64,000 nucleotides of DNA from an uncultured Planctomycetaceae bacterium. Lineage in GTDB: Bacteria > Planctomycetota > Planctomycetia > Pirellulales > UBA1268. Location of the stretch: NCBI GenBank assembly GCA_903919035.1, contig CAIXGY010000139.1, forward strand, positions 6,144 to 70,143. The letters are read 5' to 3'. The stretch's first letter is position 1; each line of letters starts with the position of its first letter. Both the position numbers and the translations under genes were made by a program. Under the pieces are notes generated by a model. The model was given only the letters and a program-made list of their open reading frames with translations, was not told the origin of the DNA and searched no databases. Below are positions 18,267 through 28,651 of the stretch, one piece after another.

Positions 18267-19004
18267 TCAGACTCGCACGTTTCGCCGCGACGCGGCCGGG
18301 ACCACGGCCGCCACGACCGACCCGGCCAGCCACGCGGTCGCGCCGGCGAGCGCGCCGGCCACGATGCCGGAGGGCCCCGCCGGCAGGCCGGCGACCGCAC
18401 AGGTACCCATCGTCGCCACGAGCCCGGCAGCCTCTCCGGTGCGGCGGCTCGCACGCCGGCTCGCGCCGCGCTGGTGCGCCCGCCACTCGGCCACGAGCGC
18501 CGCCGCCTCACCCGCGAGCACCGCGGGGACGAGCGTGCGCAGCCCGACCCGCACGGTGGAACCGGCGAGCGTGCGGACCACGATTCCGCCGTTGGCCCGT
18601 GCAGAAACCGCGGCGGCCACGCGGCCCGCGGCCGCGGAGATCCGGTCGACGACCAGGTCGACCTGACGGCTTGCACGACGGCCGGTGGCGCACCACGTGG
18701 CGAAGTGCTCGCAGTTGTCTACGACGGGGCAGTAGCCGTCGCGGCCCACGTGCTCGAGTGCCCGAGCCACGATCTCGTCCGGCGAAAACGCCGCGGGTGG
18801 GTCACGGCGGATCCGCACCCCCGTGCCGGCCGCGAACTCGTCGAGGCCGGTGCGGATCACGCGGCCGCCGCCGAACGGGCGGCGATCGTCGTCCGGCCGG
18901 GCGTGGACGACGGTGCCGTCGCCCACATCGATGCCCATGTGCGCGTAGGTGACGGTCGATCCGATCACCCTCCGCTCGACCTCGAGCCTGTCGCCGCGTG
19001 CCAT
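18267..19004 (-). CDS. LRAT/NlpC-P60 (papain-like) domain protein with Gly/Ala-rich hydrophobic C-terminus
   Basis: 245 aa. N-terminal YAHMGIDVGDGTVVHA plus the catalytic-Cys block DNCEHFATW (LRAT/H-Rev107 NCEHF signature). C-terminal TMGTCAVAGLPAGPSGIVAGALAGATAWLAGSVVAAVV. Confidence 0.7.
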   Translation of the reverse strand: MARGDRLEVERRVIGSTVTYAHMGIDVGDGTVVHARPDDDRRPFGGGRVIRTGLDEFAAGTGVRIRRDPPAAFSPDEIVARALEHVGRDGYCPVVDNCEHFATWCATGRRASRQVDLVVDRISAAAGRVAAAVSARANGGIVVRTLAGSTVRVGLRTLVPAVLAGEAAALVAEWRAHQRGASRRASRRTGEAAGLVATMGTCAVAGLPAGPSGIVAGALAGATAWLAGSVVAAVVPAASRRNVRV

Positions 19005-19055
19005 GCCGGATGCGCCTCCGAGATCACTGTATGCGATGCGGGGCGCCGCGTCCTG

Positions 19056-19963
<908 letters not shown>

Positions 19964-19967
<4 letters not shown>

Positions 19968-20884
19968 GGTCCCGCACTCCCCGCGGTGGCGACCACACCG
20001 AACCACTCCGCATGCCGCGCGGTCGCCCGCTGCGGCGTGGCGGCGAAGAGCCCGCGGGCCCCCCAGTCCTCGATCGCGAAACTCGCCGCCACGATCCCCT
20101 GCTCGACCGCCCGCTGCAGGTCGCCGTGCATGAGAAGGCCGGCGAGGAAACCTCCCACGAAGGCGTCGCCGGCTCCCGTCGCATCCACGACGCGATCCGC
20201 GCGGCCGCTCCAGGGATGGCTCGTGCCCGCGGCCAGGTCGACGAGCCTGCCACCGGCGGCCCCGGCCTTGAGGGCGACCAGGCCGAGCCGGCCCCCCGCG
20301 AGCCTGGTCACGAGCGCGTCGGGGGTGGTGCCGACGCGGATCTCGTCGCGGCTGGGAAAGAAGGCGTCCACGTGGGCCAGCACCCGCGACCAGTCGGCCA
20401 GGTTGTCGTCGCGGAGGAGTTCGAAGGGATCGAGCGAAAGGAAGGGCCGGTCGGCGAGGGCAATGGCGAGTGTTCGCTGCCGCTGGAGGGGCATCGGCGC
20501 CAGGTGGAAGCCCCGTGCGGCGCGATAGGCGTCGGGCAGGTCGGCCGGCAGGGGCGAGACGTCGTCGTGGCTCGGGCAGTCGAGTTGATGGATCACGCGA
20601 CGGATCTCGCGCTCATACAGCAGCCAGGCCCGACCACCGGGCCGACCCAGCGGCCGCACGCCAGCCAAATCGACACCGCGTTCGGCCAGCCCATCGAGGG
20701 CCGCGGCGGGGTAGTCGCTGCCCACGACGCTGACGAGCCCCACGCCCAGCCCCCACAGCCGCGCCCCCAACGCCGCGTGCACGAGCGCGCCGCCGGCCTC
20801 GCCCATCAGCGTGCTGCCGTCCCGGCGGACGATGTCGTCCACGAGCAGGTTGCCGAGGATCACGAGATCGGGTGCGGCGGACAT
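19964..20884 (-). CDS. psuK: PfkB-family carbohydrate kinase, probable pseudouridine kinase
   Basis: 306 aa with the PfkB signature DATGAGDAFVGGFLAGL. Its stop overlaps the psuG start by 4 nt. Confidence 0.75.
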
Positions 20885-20888
20885 GCGG

Positions 20889-21713
20889 TCAGCCCCCGTC
20901 GTCGGCGAGCAAGGCTCGGGCGGCGGCGACCGCCGCGACCCGGGCAGGGTCGAGTGGGCCAGCCCAGTGGCCGTCGCGCTTCACGGTCGAGCCCACGATG
21001 AAGCCGGCGGCGGCGTACCGGCGGAGGTTGGCCGGGGTCACGCCGGAGCCGACGAGCGTCGGAATGTCGACGGCATCGGCGACCGCCGCCACCTCGGCCG
21101 CATCGGCCTCGCAGCCGGTGGCGGTGCCGGTGACGATGACACCGTCGGCCAGGCAGAATTCCGCGGCCCGCGCGGTCTCGACGAGGTCGACGTCGGCCGT
21201 GAGCGCGTGGGAGGCGTGCTTCTTCTTGATGTCGGCGAACACGAGCACGCCGTCGGCCCCGATCCGCCGCCGCTCGCGGAGCAACTCTCCCGCGTCGGCG
21301 TCGATGAGCCCCTCGTCGGCCACGTGCCCGAAGACGAATCCCTCGACCCGCACGAAGGCCGCGCCACTCGCCGCGGCCACGGCGAGCGCCTGCCGGTTCG
21401 CCCCGGCGAGCACCTGCACGCCGAGCGGCAGTGGCACCTCCCGCCGCACCTCGCGGCCGACCACCGCCATCGCCGCCACCACCTCGGCGCCCACGTCGCG
21501 CCGGAGGTACGGACGGTCGTGCATGTTCTCGATCATCAGCCCGTCGAAGCCGCCGTCGCGATAGATTCGCGCCTCGGCGACGGCATGGGCCACGATCCCG
21601 TCGATCCCCGCCGCCATGCCGGGGCTGCCGGGCAGGGCCGGCAGATGGAGCATGCCGATGAGTGGGCGGGATCGGCGGAACAGCCTGCGGAACGTGTCGC
21701 GCCGGTCGGTCAT
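20889..21713 (-). CDS. BtpA/SgcQ family TIM-barrel protein
   Basis: Track ORF 20889..22127 trimmed to MTDRRDTFRRLF (CAT 21711-21713). LIGMLHLPALPGSP...GFDGLMIENMHDRPY...VRVEGFVFGHV are typical of the BtpA family as I recall it. Confidence 0.75.
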   Translation of the reverse strand: MTDRRDTFRRLFRRSRPLIGMLHLPALPGSPGMAAGIDGIVAHAVAEARIYRDGGFDGLMIENMHDRPYLRRDVGAEVVAAMAVVGREVRREVPLPLGVQVLAGANRQALAVAAASGAAFVRVEGFVFGHVADEGLIDADAGELLRERRRIGADGVLVFADIKKKHASHALTADVDLVETARAAEFCLADGVIVTGTATGCEADAAEVAAVADAVDIPTLVGSGVTPANLRRYAAAGFIVGSTVKRDGHWAGPLDPARVAAVAAARALLADDGG

Positions 21714-21778
21714 GGGCTGGGTCGACTCCGGCGGCAGGCGATGCGGCACGCGGGCATGGCGGGTCGTCTCCCGGTTCC

Positions 21779-23008
21779 TCAGAGCATCATTCCGGCGATG
21801 GCGGCCGAGAGGGCGTTGGCCAGCGTGCTGATCACGAGCATCTTGAGGCCGAGCTGGGCGAGTTCGCCCCGCCGCTCCGGGATCAGGGCGCCGATGCCGC
21901 CGAGCTGGATGCCGATGCTCGAGATGTTGGCGAAACTGCACATCGCGATCGTGGCCAGCGAGAAGGCCTTGGGAGTGAGCATGTCCTTGAGCTTGCCCAG
22001 CTCGAAGTAGGCGATCATCTCGTTGAGCACGGTCCGCGTGCCGAGCAGGCCGCCGATCGTCTGGCAGTCCTGAGTGGGCACGCCGATCAGCCACGCGAAC
22101 GGGGCGAACACGAGCGACAGGAGCCACTGGAGCGAGAGCTCGGGGTGGCCGACGAGCCCACCGACCCAGGCCAGGGCGAGATTCACGAGCGCCACGAGCG
22201 CGATGAACGAGATCAACACCGCCCCCACGTTGGCCGCCAGCATCATGCCCTCGCGGGTGCCGCGGGCGGCCGCGTCGAGGACGTTGGAATCGAGCCGGTC
22301 CTTCGCGACCTTCATGGTGCCGAGCGTCTCCGGATCGCCCATCTCCGGCACGAACATCTTGGTGAGGAAGATCGTCGCCGGAAAGCTCATCAGGATCGCG
22401 GTGAGCAGGTCGCGAAGCTCGCAGCCTGCGGCCTTGTAGGCCCCCAGGATGCCCCCCGACACGAGGCCCATGCCGCTGACCATGACCACGGCCAGTTCCG
22501 ACCGCGTGAGCCGCGGAAGATAGGGACGAATGACGAGCGGCGCCTCCGTCTGTCCGAGGAAGATCGAGGCGGCGGCATTGAGCGTCTCGGCGCCGCTACT
22601 CCCCAGGATCTTGGCGGTCACCCAGGCGAACGCCCGCACAACCTGCTGCATGATGCCGAGGTGGTAGAGCACGGCGAACAGCGCCGCCACGAACACGATC
22701 GTGGGCAGCACCCGGAACGCGAACACGAAGCCGGTGGGACCGGCCGGGTCGGCGAGTTTGTCGCCGAACACGAATCGCGCCCCGGCATCGGAACAGGCGA
22801 GCACGGTGTCGACCCAGTTGGCGGCCGCCTCGAGCGCCGCCTGGCCCGTGGACGACCGCAGCAGGATGAATCCGAGCACGACCTGCATCGCGAGGCCGCC
22901 GACCACCATTCGGGGCGAGATCTTGCGACGATTCTCGGAACAGAGCCACGCAGCGCCGAGGATGGCCGCCACACCCAGCAGCCCGCGAAACCGGTCGAGA
23001 TCGCCCAT
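21779..23008 (-). CDS. nupC: NupC/CNT-family concentrative nucleoside transporter
   Basis: Track ORF 21779..23329 trimmed to MGDLDRFRGLLG (CAT 23006-23008). Polytopic protein with conserved LNAAASIFLGQTEAPL and CSFANISSIGIQ segments. Confidence 0.85.
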   Translation of the reverse strand: MGDLDRFRGLLGVAAILGAAWLCSENRRKISPRMVVGGLAMQVVLGFILLRSSTGQAALEAAANWVDTVLACSDAGARFVFGDKLADPAGPTGFVFAFRVLPTIVFVAALFAVLYHLGIMQQVVRAFAWVTAKILGSSGAETLNAAASIFLGQTEAPLVIRPYLPRLTRSELAVVMVSGMGLVSGGILGAYKAAGCELRDLLTAILMSFPATIFLTKMFVPEMGDPETLGTMKVAKDRLDSNVLDAAARGTREGMMLAANVGAVLISFIALVALVNLALAWVGGLVGHPELSLQWLLSLVFAPFAWLIGVPTQDCQTIGGLLGTRTVLNEMIAYFELGKLKDMLTPKAFSLATIAMCSFANISSIGIQLGGIGALIPERRGELAQLGLKMLVISTLANALSAAIAGMML

Positions 23009-23034
23009 GATCGAGTCCCCCGTGAAGAATCCGG

Positions 23035-24345
23035 CTACACGCGTTCCAGAATCAGCGGCCGGGCCGGCGGCCGACTCGAGGTGATCGTGGTCGCCTCCCC
23101 GAGCATCGCGAGCACCTGCGGAACGGACGAGGCGTGGGTCGGATTGACGTGGATCTCCGCGATCACGTCGCCGGACCGCACCTCGTCGCCCACGCCCTTC
23201 CTGAACACGATGCCTGCCGCCGGGTCGATCGTCGAATCGACCCGCGCCCGGCCCGCACCCAGGAGCATCGACGCCTGCCCCACGGGCCAGGCGCGGATGC
23301 CCGCGATGAAGCCCGCGGCCGGGGCGCAAAAGGGCTCCACATGGGCCGCCCGCGGCAGCACGCCGAGCGGATCGTCGCAGACCCGCGGATCACCCCCCTG
23401 CGCCGCCACGACCCGGCGGAACCGCTCGAGCGCCGAGCCGTCGGCGATCACGGCGCGGCAGCGGGCCAGCGCCTGCTCGCGGTCCGCGGCCACCCGCCCG
23501 AGCACGAGCATCTCGGCCGCCAGCTCGAGCGAGACTTCCATGAGATCGTCCGGGCCGCGGCCCCGGAGACACTCGACGCTCTCCCACACCTCGAGCGAGT
23601 TGCCCACCGTGCGGCCGAGCGGCGCGTCCATGCTCGTGATCAGGGCCTGCACGGGCTTGCCGAGTTGGCGACCAATCCGGGTCATGCTCTCGGCCAGGGC
23701 CCGGGCGTCCTCGCGCCGCGCCATGAACGCGCCGTCGCCCGTCTTCACGTCCAGCACGAGCGCGTCGATGCCTTCGGCGAGCTTCTTCGAGAGGATCGAG
23801 GCCGTGATGAGCGGGATGCTTTCGACGGTGGCCGTGGCGTCGCGGAGGGCGTAGAGCACTCGGTCGGCCGGTGCGATCTCCGCCGTCTGGCCGATGAGCA
23901 CGAGCCCGCACTCCCGAGCCACGCGGCGATAGGCGGCGAGGTCGAGGTCGATGCGGAAGCCGGGAATGCTCTCGAGTTTGTCGAGCGTGCCGCCGGTGTG
24001 GCCCAGGCCCCGGCCCGAGACCATCGGCACCGTGACGCCGCAGGCGGCGGCGATCGGCGCGAGAATCAGGCTCGTCTTGTCCCCCACGCCGCCGGTCGAA
24101 TGCTTGTCGACCTTCGGGCCCGGGATGTCGGAGAGGTCGATCACCGTTCCAGAATGGAGCATCGCCTCGACGAGGGCCGCGGTCTCGACCGGCGTCATGC
24201 CCCGCCAGAGGATCGCCATCGTCAGGGCCGACCACTGGTAGTCGGGGACCTCGCGGGTGGCGATGCCGCCGACCAGAAAGCGGATCTCGTCGCCGGTGAG
24301 TTCGCCGCCGTCTCGCTTCCGGCGGATGAGATCGACGGCCCGCAT
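23035..24345 (-). CDS. deoA: thymidine/pyrimidine-nucleoside phosphorylase
   Basis: Start MRAVDLIRRKRDG (CAT 24343-24345). Motifs DKHSTGGVGDKTSL and SGRGLGHTGGTLDKLE. Confidence 0.9.
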   Translation of the reverse strand: MRAVDLIRRKRDGGELTGDEIRFLVGGIATREVPDYQWSALTMAILWRGMTPVETAALVEAMLHSGTVIDLSDIPGPKVDKHSTGGVGDKTSLILAPIAAACGVTVPMVSGRGLGHTGGTLDKLESIPGFRIDLDLAAYRRVARECGLVLIGQTAEIAPADRVLYALRDATATVESIPLITASILSKKLAEGIDALVLDVKTGDGAFMARREDARALAESMTRIGRQLGKPVQALITSMDAPLGRTVGNSLEVWESVECLRGRGPDDLMEVSLELAAEMLVLGRVAADREQALARCRAVIADGSALERFRRVVAAQGGDPRVCDDPLGVLPRAAHVEPFCAPAAGFIAGIRAWPVGQASMLLGAGRARVDSTIDPAAGIVFRKGVGDEVRSGDVIAEIHVNPTHASSVPQVLAMLGEATTITSSRPPARPLILERV

Positions 24346-24404
24346 GACGACGTACTCCCCGGTCGTGTCGCTCCGCGGAGGTCGGCGCCCCCGCTCCCCT
24401 CGCG

Positions 24405-25040
24405 TCAGCGCGGCGGCGCCGTGCCGAACTGGCGGTCGCCCGCGTCGCCCAGGCCGGGCACGATGAAGCCCGAGTCGTTGAGGCCCTCGTCGAGAGCCGC
24501 CACATGGATGGTCACGCCCGGCATGCCGCGCTCCAGGCAGGCCACGCCCTCCGGCGCCGCGATGAGCGCGAGGTAGATGATCCGCGGCACGCCGGCGTCG
24601 CGGAGGATCTCGCATGTCCGCACGGCCGAGCCGCCGGTGGCGAGCATCGGATCGACGACGATGGCCACCGCCGCGCCACAGTTCCGCGGCAGCTTGTTGT
24701 AGTACTCCTGCGGCTTGAGCGTGCGCTCGTCGCGAAACAGCCCGATGTGCCAGACCTCGGCGTCGGGAATCATCTCGAGCAGCCCGTCGGCCATGCCGAG
24801 GCCGGCCCGGAGGATCGGCACGATCGCGATCCGATCCATCACCCGGCGGCCGGCAGCGGTTCCCAGCGGGGTCACCGCGGGACACTCGCGGGACGGCAGG
24901 TCACGGGTGGCCTCGTAGCCGAGCAACCGCGTGAGTTGGCGGACGACGCGGCGAAACTCCGGAGGCCGCGTGGCCGGGTCGCGGAGCGCCACCACGTGGT
25001 GCGCGACGAGGGGGTGCGCGGACACGTGGAGGCCGGCCAT
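24405..25040 (-). CDS. upp: uracil phosphoribosyltransferase
   Basis: Start MAGLHVSAHPLV (CAT 25038-25040). PRPP motif VVDPMLATGGS and the C-terminal IVPGLGDAGDR. Confidence 0.9.
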   Translation of the reverse strand: MAGLHVSAHPLVAHHVVALRDPATRPPEFRRVVRQLTRLLGYEATRDLPSRECPAVTPLGTAAGRRVMDRIAIVPILRAGLGMADGLLEMIPDAEVWHIGLFRDERTLKPQEYYNKLPRNCGAAVAIVVDPMLATGGSAVRTCEILRDAGVPRIIYLALIAAPEGVACLERGMPGVTIHVAALDEGLNDSGFIVPGLGDAGDRQFGTAPPR

Positions 25041-25063
25041 AGACGCGAGGTTCCCGGGGATAG

Positions 25064-25078
25064 TGGCACGAGCATAGC
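25064..25078 (+). promoter_or_regulatory. sigma-54-like -24/-12 element TGGCACGAGCATAGC
   Basis: Exact TGGCAC followed by N5 and TAGC (consensus TGGCAC-N5-TTGC), about 105 nt upstream of the cdd start in the upp/cdd divergent region. Confidence 0.25.
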
Positions 25079-25184
25079 GGTTTGCAGGCCCGCGTCGACT
25101 GGCGGCCGGTTGCCGGCCGCGCGGCGATCCGCTAGACCGATGGCGCCGGGGGTTCGACCACCACTCCGCCGCGAGGGTCACGCG

Positions 25185-25622
25185 ATGCCTTCAGACCACG
25201 AGACCGCTCCCGACCCGCTCGTCGCCGCCGCACGAAAGGCGGCCGACAACGCCCACTCCCCATACTCGGGCTGGCGGGTCGGCGCCGCGGCCGTGTTCGC
25301 CGGAGCCGAGGGGCCACCGTTCGTCGGGGCCAACGTGGAGAACGGTTCCTATGGCCTCACGATCTGCGCCGAGCGCACGGCGATTTTTGCAGGGGTCGTC
25401 GCAGGGTACCGCCGGCTCCTGCGGATCGCCTTGACCTGCACGGACGCCGCCGGCGACCGCGTCCGCGGGATCGTGCCGTGCGGCGCGTGCCTGCAGGTGA
25501 TCGCGGAGTTCGGCACCCGCGACACGGAGATCGTGATCGACGGCGGTGGCACGTTCCGACTCGCCGACTTCCTGCCGCGGCCGTTCGGATCCGACGTCAC
25601 GGTGCCAGGGAGAGGCACGTGA
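25185..25622 (+). CDS. cdd: cytidine deaminase
   Basis: Track ORF 24504..25622 trimmed to ATG 25185 (MPSDHETAPD). Zinc motifs CAERTAIF and PCGACLQVI. Confidence 0.85.
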   Translation: MPSDHETAPDPLVAAARKAADNAHSPYSGWRVGAAAVFAGAEGPPFVGANVENGSYGLTICAERTAIFAGVVAGYRRLLRIALTCTDAAGDRVRGIVPCGACLQVIAEFGTRDTEIVIDGGGTFRLADFLPRPFGSDVTVPGRGT

Positions 25623-26829
25623 GCCGGTCGTCGTCCCTCAGATAGAGCCTGCCGCCGGCGAGCGCCGGCAGCGCCCGCACCGTACCGGCCAGCGGGCGGC
25701 AGCGGGCGAGCACGTCGAGGCCGGCGGGGTCGGGCCGCACGAGCAGCAGTTCCCCGTCGGTCTTGGCCACGACGAGTTTTCCGTCGGCGCAGACGAGCGT
25801 GCCATAACCGAATCCCCGGTCCCGCCAGGTCTCCCGGCCCGTGGCGGCCTCGACGCAGACGAAGTCGGCCGGAGGCACGTCGTCGCGGCCGTCGATGCAA
25901 TACAGGTGGTCTCCAACGAGGATCGGCGTGCAGTACTGCGTCGCCAGTGGCCCCGCCCCCTGCCAGAGCGGCGTCGCACCGTCGCGGTCGAAGGCCGCGC
26001 ACACGCAGCCGATCCCGTAGGCACTCGTCACGAGGAATCGGTCGCCGCCGATCACGACGGGGGTGGCCGCATTGACGGTCGGGCCGCGCTGGCCGAAGGG
26101 AAACCGCCAGCGCACGTCGCCCGTGGCCGGATCGAGAAGCAGGCACGAGAGCCGGGTGACCATCAACACGTGCGTCGCGCCCGCCACGGCCACCGTCACC
26201 GGCGCCGAGTAACTCGCTCCCTCGGCCGTGCGCTGCCAGAGGGTTTCCCCGGTCTCCAGCGCGAAGGCTGCGATGCCTGAGTCGCCGCGGCCGCCAAGGT
26301 TCACGATCACGCGATCGCCCACGACCAGCGGCGTCGAGCCCGCCCCGAAATAGCCCACGGACACCGTGAACTCGCGTTGGGTCGACCGCGACCAGAGCCG
26401 CCGACCGGTCGCGAAGTCGTCGCACGAGAGCACACCTTCCGCGCCGAACGTGATCACCCGGCCTGCGTGGACCACGGGGGTGCACAGGGGCCCATCGCCG
26501 CCGCCGACCTGGGGCACGAACGTGGTGTCGTGGTCGGACTTCCAGAGCGTTCTTCCAGTGGCCGCCTCGAGCGCCTCGACGACCTCGCGGCGGCCGACCC
26601 GATGGAAGAGCACCGCGCGGTCCCCGGCCACGGCCGGGCCCGCGTAGCCGCTGCCGACATCCCGCGACCAGACCACGGGCGGGCCGTCCGCGGGCCACGT
26701 GGCGGCCAGCCGTTCGTCTGCCGCCGCGACGCCGGTGCGATTCGGCCCCAGGATCTGCGGCCAGTCGCCGCCGTGGGCGGCCGCCGCGACGACCGCGAGC
26801 ACCGCCGCCGCCCGCAGGATCGCCGTCAT
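25597..26829 (-). CDS. secreted PQQ-like (BamB-type) beta-propeller repeat protein
   Basis: 410 aa with signal peptide MTAILRAAAVLAVVAAAAHG and repeated ...G.LW... propeller blades. 4-nt overlap with the upstream kinase gene stop. Confidence 0.8.
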   Translation of the reverse strand: MTAILRAAAVLAVVAAAAHGGDWPQILGPNRTGVAAADERLAATWPADGPPVVWSRDVGSGYAGPAVAGDRAVLFHRVGRREVVEALEAATGRTLWKSDHDTTFVPQVGGGDGPLCTPVVHAGRVITFGAEGVLSCDDFATGRRLWSRSTQREFTVSVGYFGAGSTPLVVGDRVIVNLGGRGDSGIAAFALETGETLWQRTAEGASYSAPVTVAVAGATHVLMVTRLSCLLLDPATGDVRWRFPFGQRGPTVNAATPVVIGGDRFLVTSAYGIGCVCAAFDRDGATPLWQGAGPLATQYCTPILVGDHLYCIDGRDDVPPADFVCVEAATGRETWRDRGFGYGTLVCADGKLVVAKTDGELLLVRPDPAGLDVLARCRPLAGTVRALPALAGGRLYLRDDDRLTCLSLAP

Positions 26830-28532
26830 GTGGCCTGCCCGCGCTGCCGGAAATATTTGAGTCCGGGAATGAAGAAGCAGGCCCCGCTGACGAGGCCGAA
26901 GATGATGTGCTGATACTCACGCATCACGCACATGACCAGCGCCGTGGCGAAGAGCACCGTAGCCTGCACGTAGAACGTGCCCGAAAGAATGCCGGCCTTG
27001 ACGAAGAACACGATGCCGGCGAGCAACGCCAGCACCGGCGAGAGCTTGAGCGCGGGCTCGCCGAGCAGCCACTCGATCGAGAACAACAGCGAACTGGCGA
27101 TCATGCTCCCCGCCCAGACGTGGGCGATCTGCCGTTCGACGGCCGTCACCGGACCGCGGCGGTGCCGCAGGGCCCAGAAGATCGGGGCCCACAGCGCGAG
27201 TCCGCCACCCCACAGCGCCACGTAGGGCAACCGGCTCGCCAGCCCCCGCCAGGCCAGCACGTCGGTGATCACGCACAGGGCGAGGATCACCACCGAGTGC
27301 CACATCCAGAGCAGGCCCCAGTTCTCGAGCACCACCGCGTGGTGCGTTTCACGGAACAGCCGGGCGACGACGTCGCCGAGCCCCCCGCGCCGGGCGGCGA
27401 CCGGCTCGCCTGCCAAGGCCGCCCGCAGGTCGGCGGCCAGCGCGGCAGCCGACGCGTAGCGAAGATCCTGCGGCTTCTGCAGGCTCTTGAGGGCGATCAG
27501 TTCCAGGTCGCGATTCACCGCGGCGTCGATCGACCGCGGCAGGGGCGGATCGCTCTCGAGCACCGCCAAGAGCGTGTCCATCGCGGTGCCCGCCTGGAAT
27601 GGCGGCCGGCCGGTGAGCATCTGGTAGAGGATCGCCCCCAGGCTCCACACGTCGCTCGTCGGGCCCACGTCGCCACGGCTGCCGGCGGCCTGCTCGGGTG
27701 ACATGTAGCAGGGCGTGCCGAGGATCGCGCCGGTGTGGGTGACCGACAACTCGTCCGTGAGCAGTTTGGCGAGTCCGAAGTCGGACACGCGCGGCTCGCC
27801 CGAGGCGTCGATGAGGATGTTGGACGGCTTCAAATCACGATGGAGCACGCCGCGGTCGTGCGCGGCCTGCACCGCATCGGCCACCTTGGCCAGGAGCGCC
27901 GCCGCCTCGCGGGCAGGAAGAGGTCCGGCGGCCAGTCGCTTCGCCAGCGTGGTGCCCTCGACGAACTGCATGCTGTAGAAGGGCAGGCCGTCCTGATCTC
28001 CCACCTCGAAGATCGACACGATGCCGGCGTGGTCGAGCCGGGCCGCGGCCTCGGCCTCGCTGCGAAACCGTGCCAGGTCCGCCGGGGTCGCAAGGTCGCG
28101 GCGCAGGAGGGTTTTCAGGGCCACGACGCGGCCCAGACTCCGCTGCGCGGCGCGGTAGACGATGCCCATGCCACCGCGGCCGATCTCCTCGATGAGGTCG
28201 TAGTCGCCGAACGTGCAGGGGAGGGGAGTGTTGCCCGGCACGAAGCCGCCGCCGACCCACGGGTCGGCCACTGCCGGAGCCACCCCGCCGGGAACCGCCA
28301 GGATCGTCGAGCGTTCGGCGACCGCGTCGGCGACCGACATCGCGGCGAACACCTCCCGCAAATCCCCTGCGATGTCGGGGTTGGCCCGCGCGAGCCGCTC
28401 GAGTTCGGCCTGCGCCGCCACACCGCGGACCTCCGAGAGCGCCTCGACGAGCGCGGCCAGACGGTCTTCCCGCTCGGGATCGAGCGGTGCGGTACCGGGG
28501 CGGATCGACGCTGTCGTGGTCGGGGCGGTCAT
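26826..28532 (-). CDS. Ser/Thr protein kinase with polytopic C-terminal membrane domain
   Basis: Start MTAPTTTASI (CAT 28530-28532). Kinase motifs GRGGMGIVY, HRDLKPSNIL, DFGLAK and GTPCYMSPEQ. About six hydrophobic helices in the last ~200 aa. Confidence 0.9.
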   Translation of the reverse strand: MTAPTTTASIRPGTAPLDPEREDRLAALVEALSEVRGVAAQAELERLARANPDIAGDLREVFAAMSVADAVAERSTILAVPGGVAPAVADPWVGGGFVPGNTPLPCTFGDYDLIEEIGRGGMGIVYRAAQRSLGRVVALKTLLRRDLATPADLARFRSEAEAAARLDHAGIVSIFEVGDQDGLPFYSMQFVEGTTLAKRLAAGPLPAREAAALLAKVADAVQAAHDRGVLHRDLKPSNILIDASGEPRVSDFGLAKLLTDELSVTHTGAILGTPCYMSPEQAAGSRGDVGPTSDVWSLGAILYQMLTGRPPFQAGTAMDTLLAVLESDPPLPRSIDAAVNRDLELIALKSLQKPQDLRYASAAALAADLRAALAGEPVAARRGGLGDVVARLFRETHHAVVLENWGLLWMWHSVVILALCVITDVLAWRGLASRLPYVALWGGGLALWAPIFWALRHRRGPVTAVERQIAHVWAGSMIASSLLFSIEWLLGEPALKLSPVLALLAGIVFFVKAGILSGTFYVQATVLFATALVMCVMREYQHIIFGLVSGACFFIPGLKYFRQRGQAT

Positions 28533-28651
28533 GGCTCGGTGGTCGGACGAACGAATCCCCTGCTCATGGTAGACACGGCCGCCACGACGCGTAGCCGGCC
28601 GGCCGGCGAGACTTTTCCCGGCTCGCACGACGCGGGCGGCCGGGCGAGTGA

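Noticed and set aside
25151-25157. GGTTCGA T-loop-like string, suggesting a tRNA or tRNA fragment near upp/cdd
   Set aside because: The flanking bases do not form a T stem, and no acceptor, D or anticodon arms can be folded.
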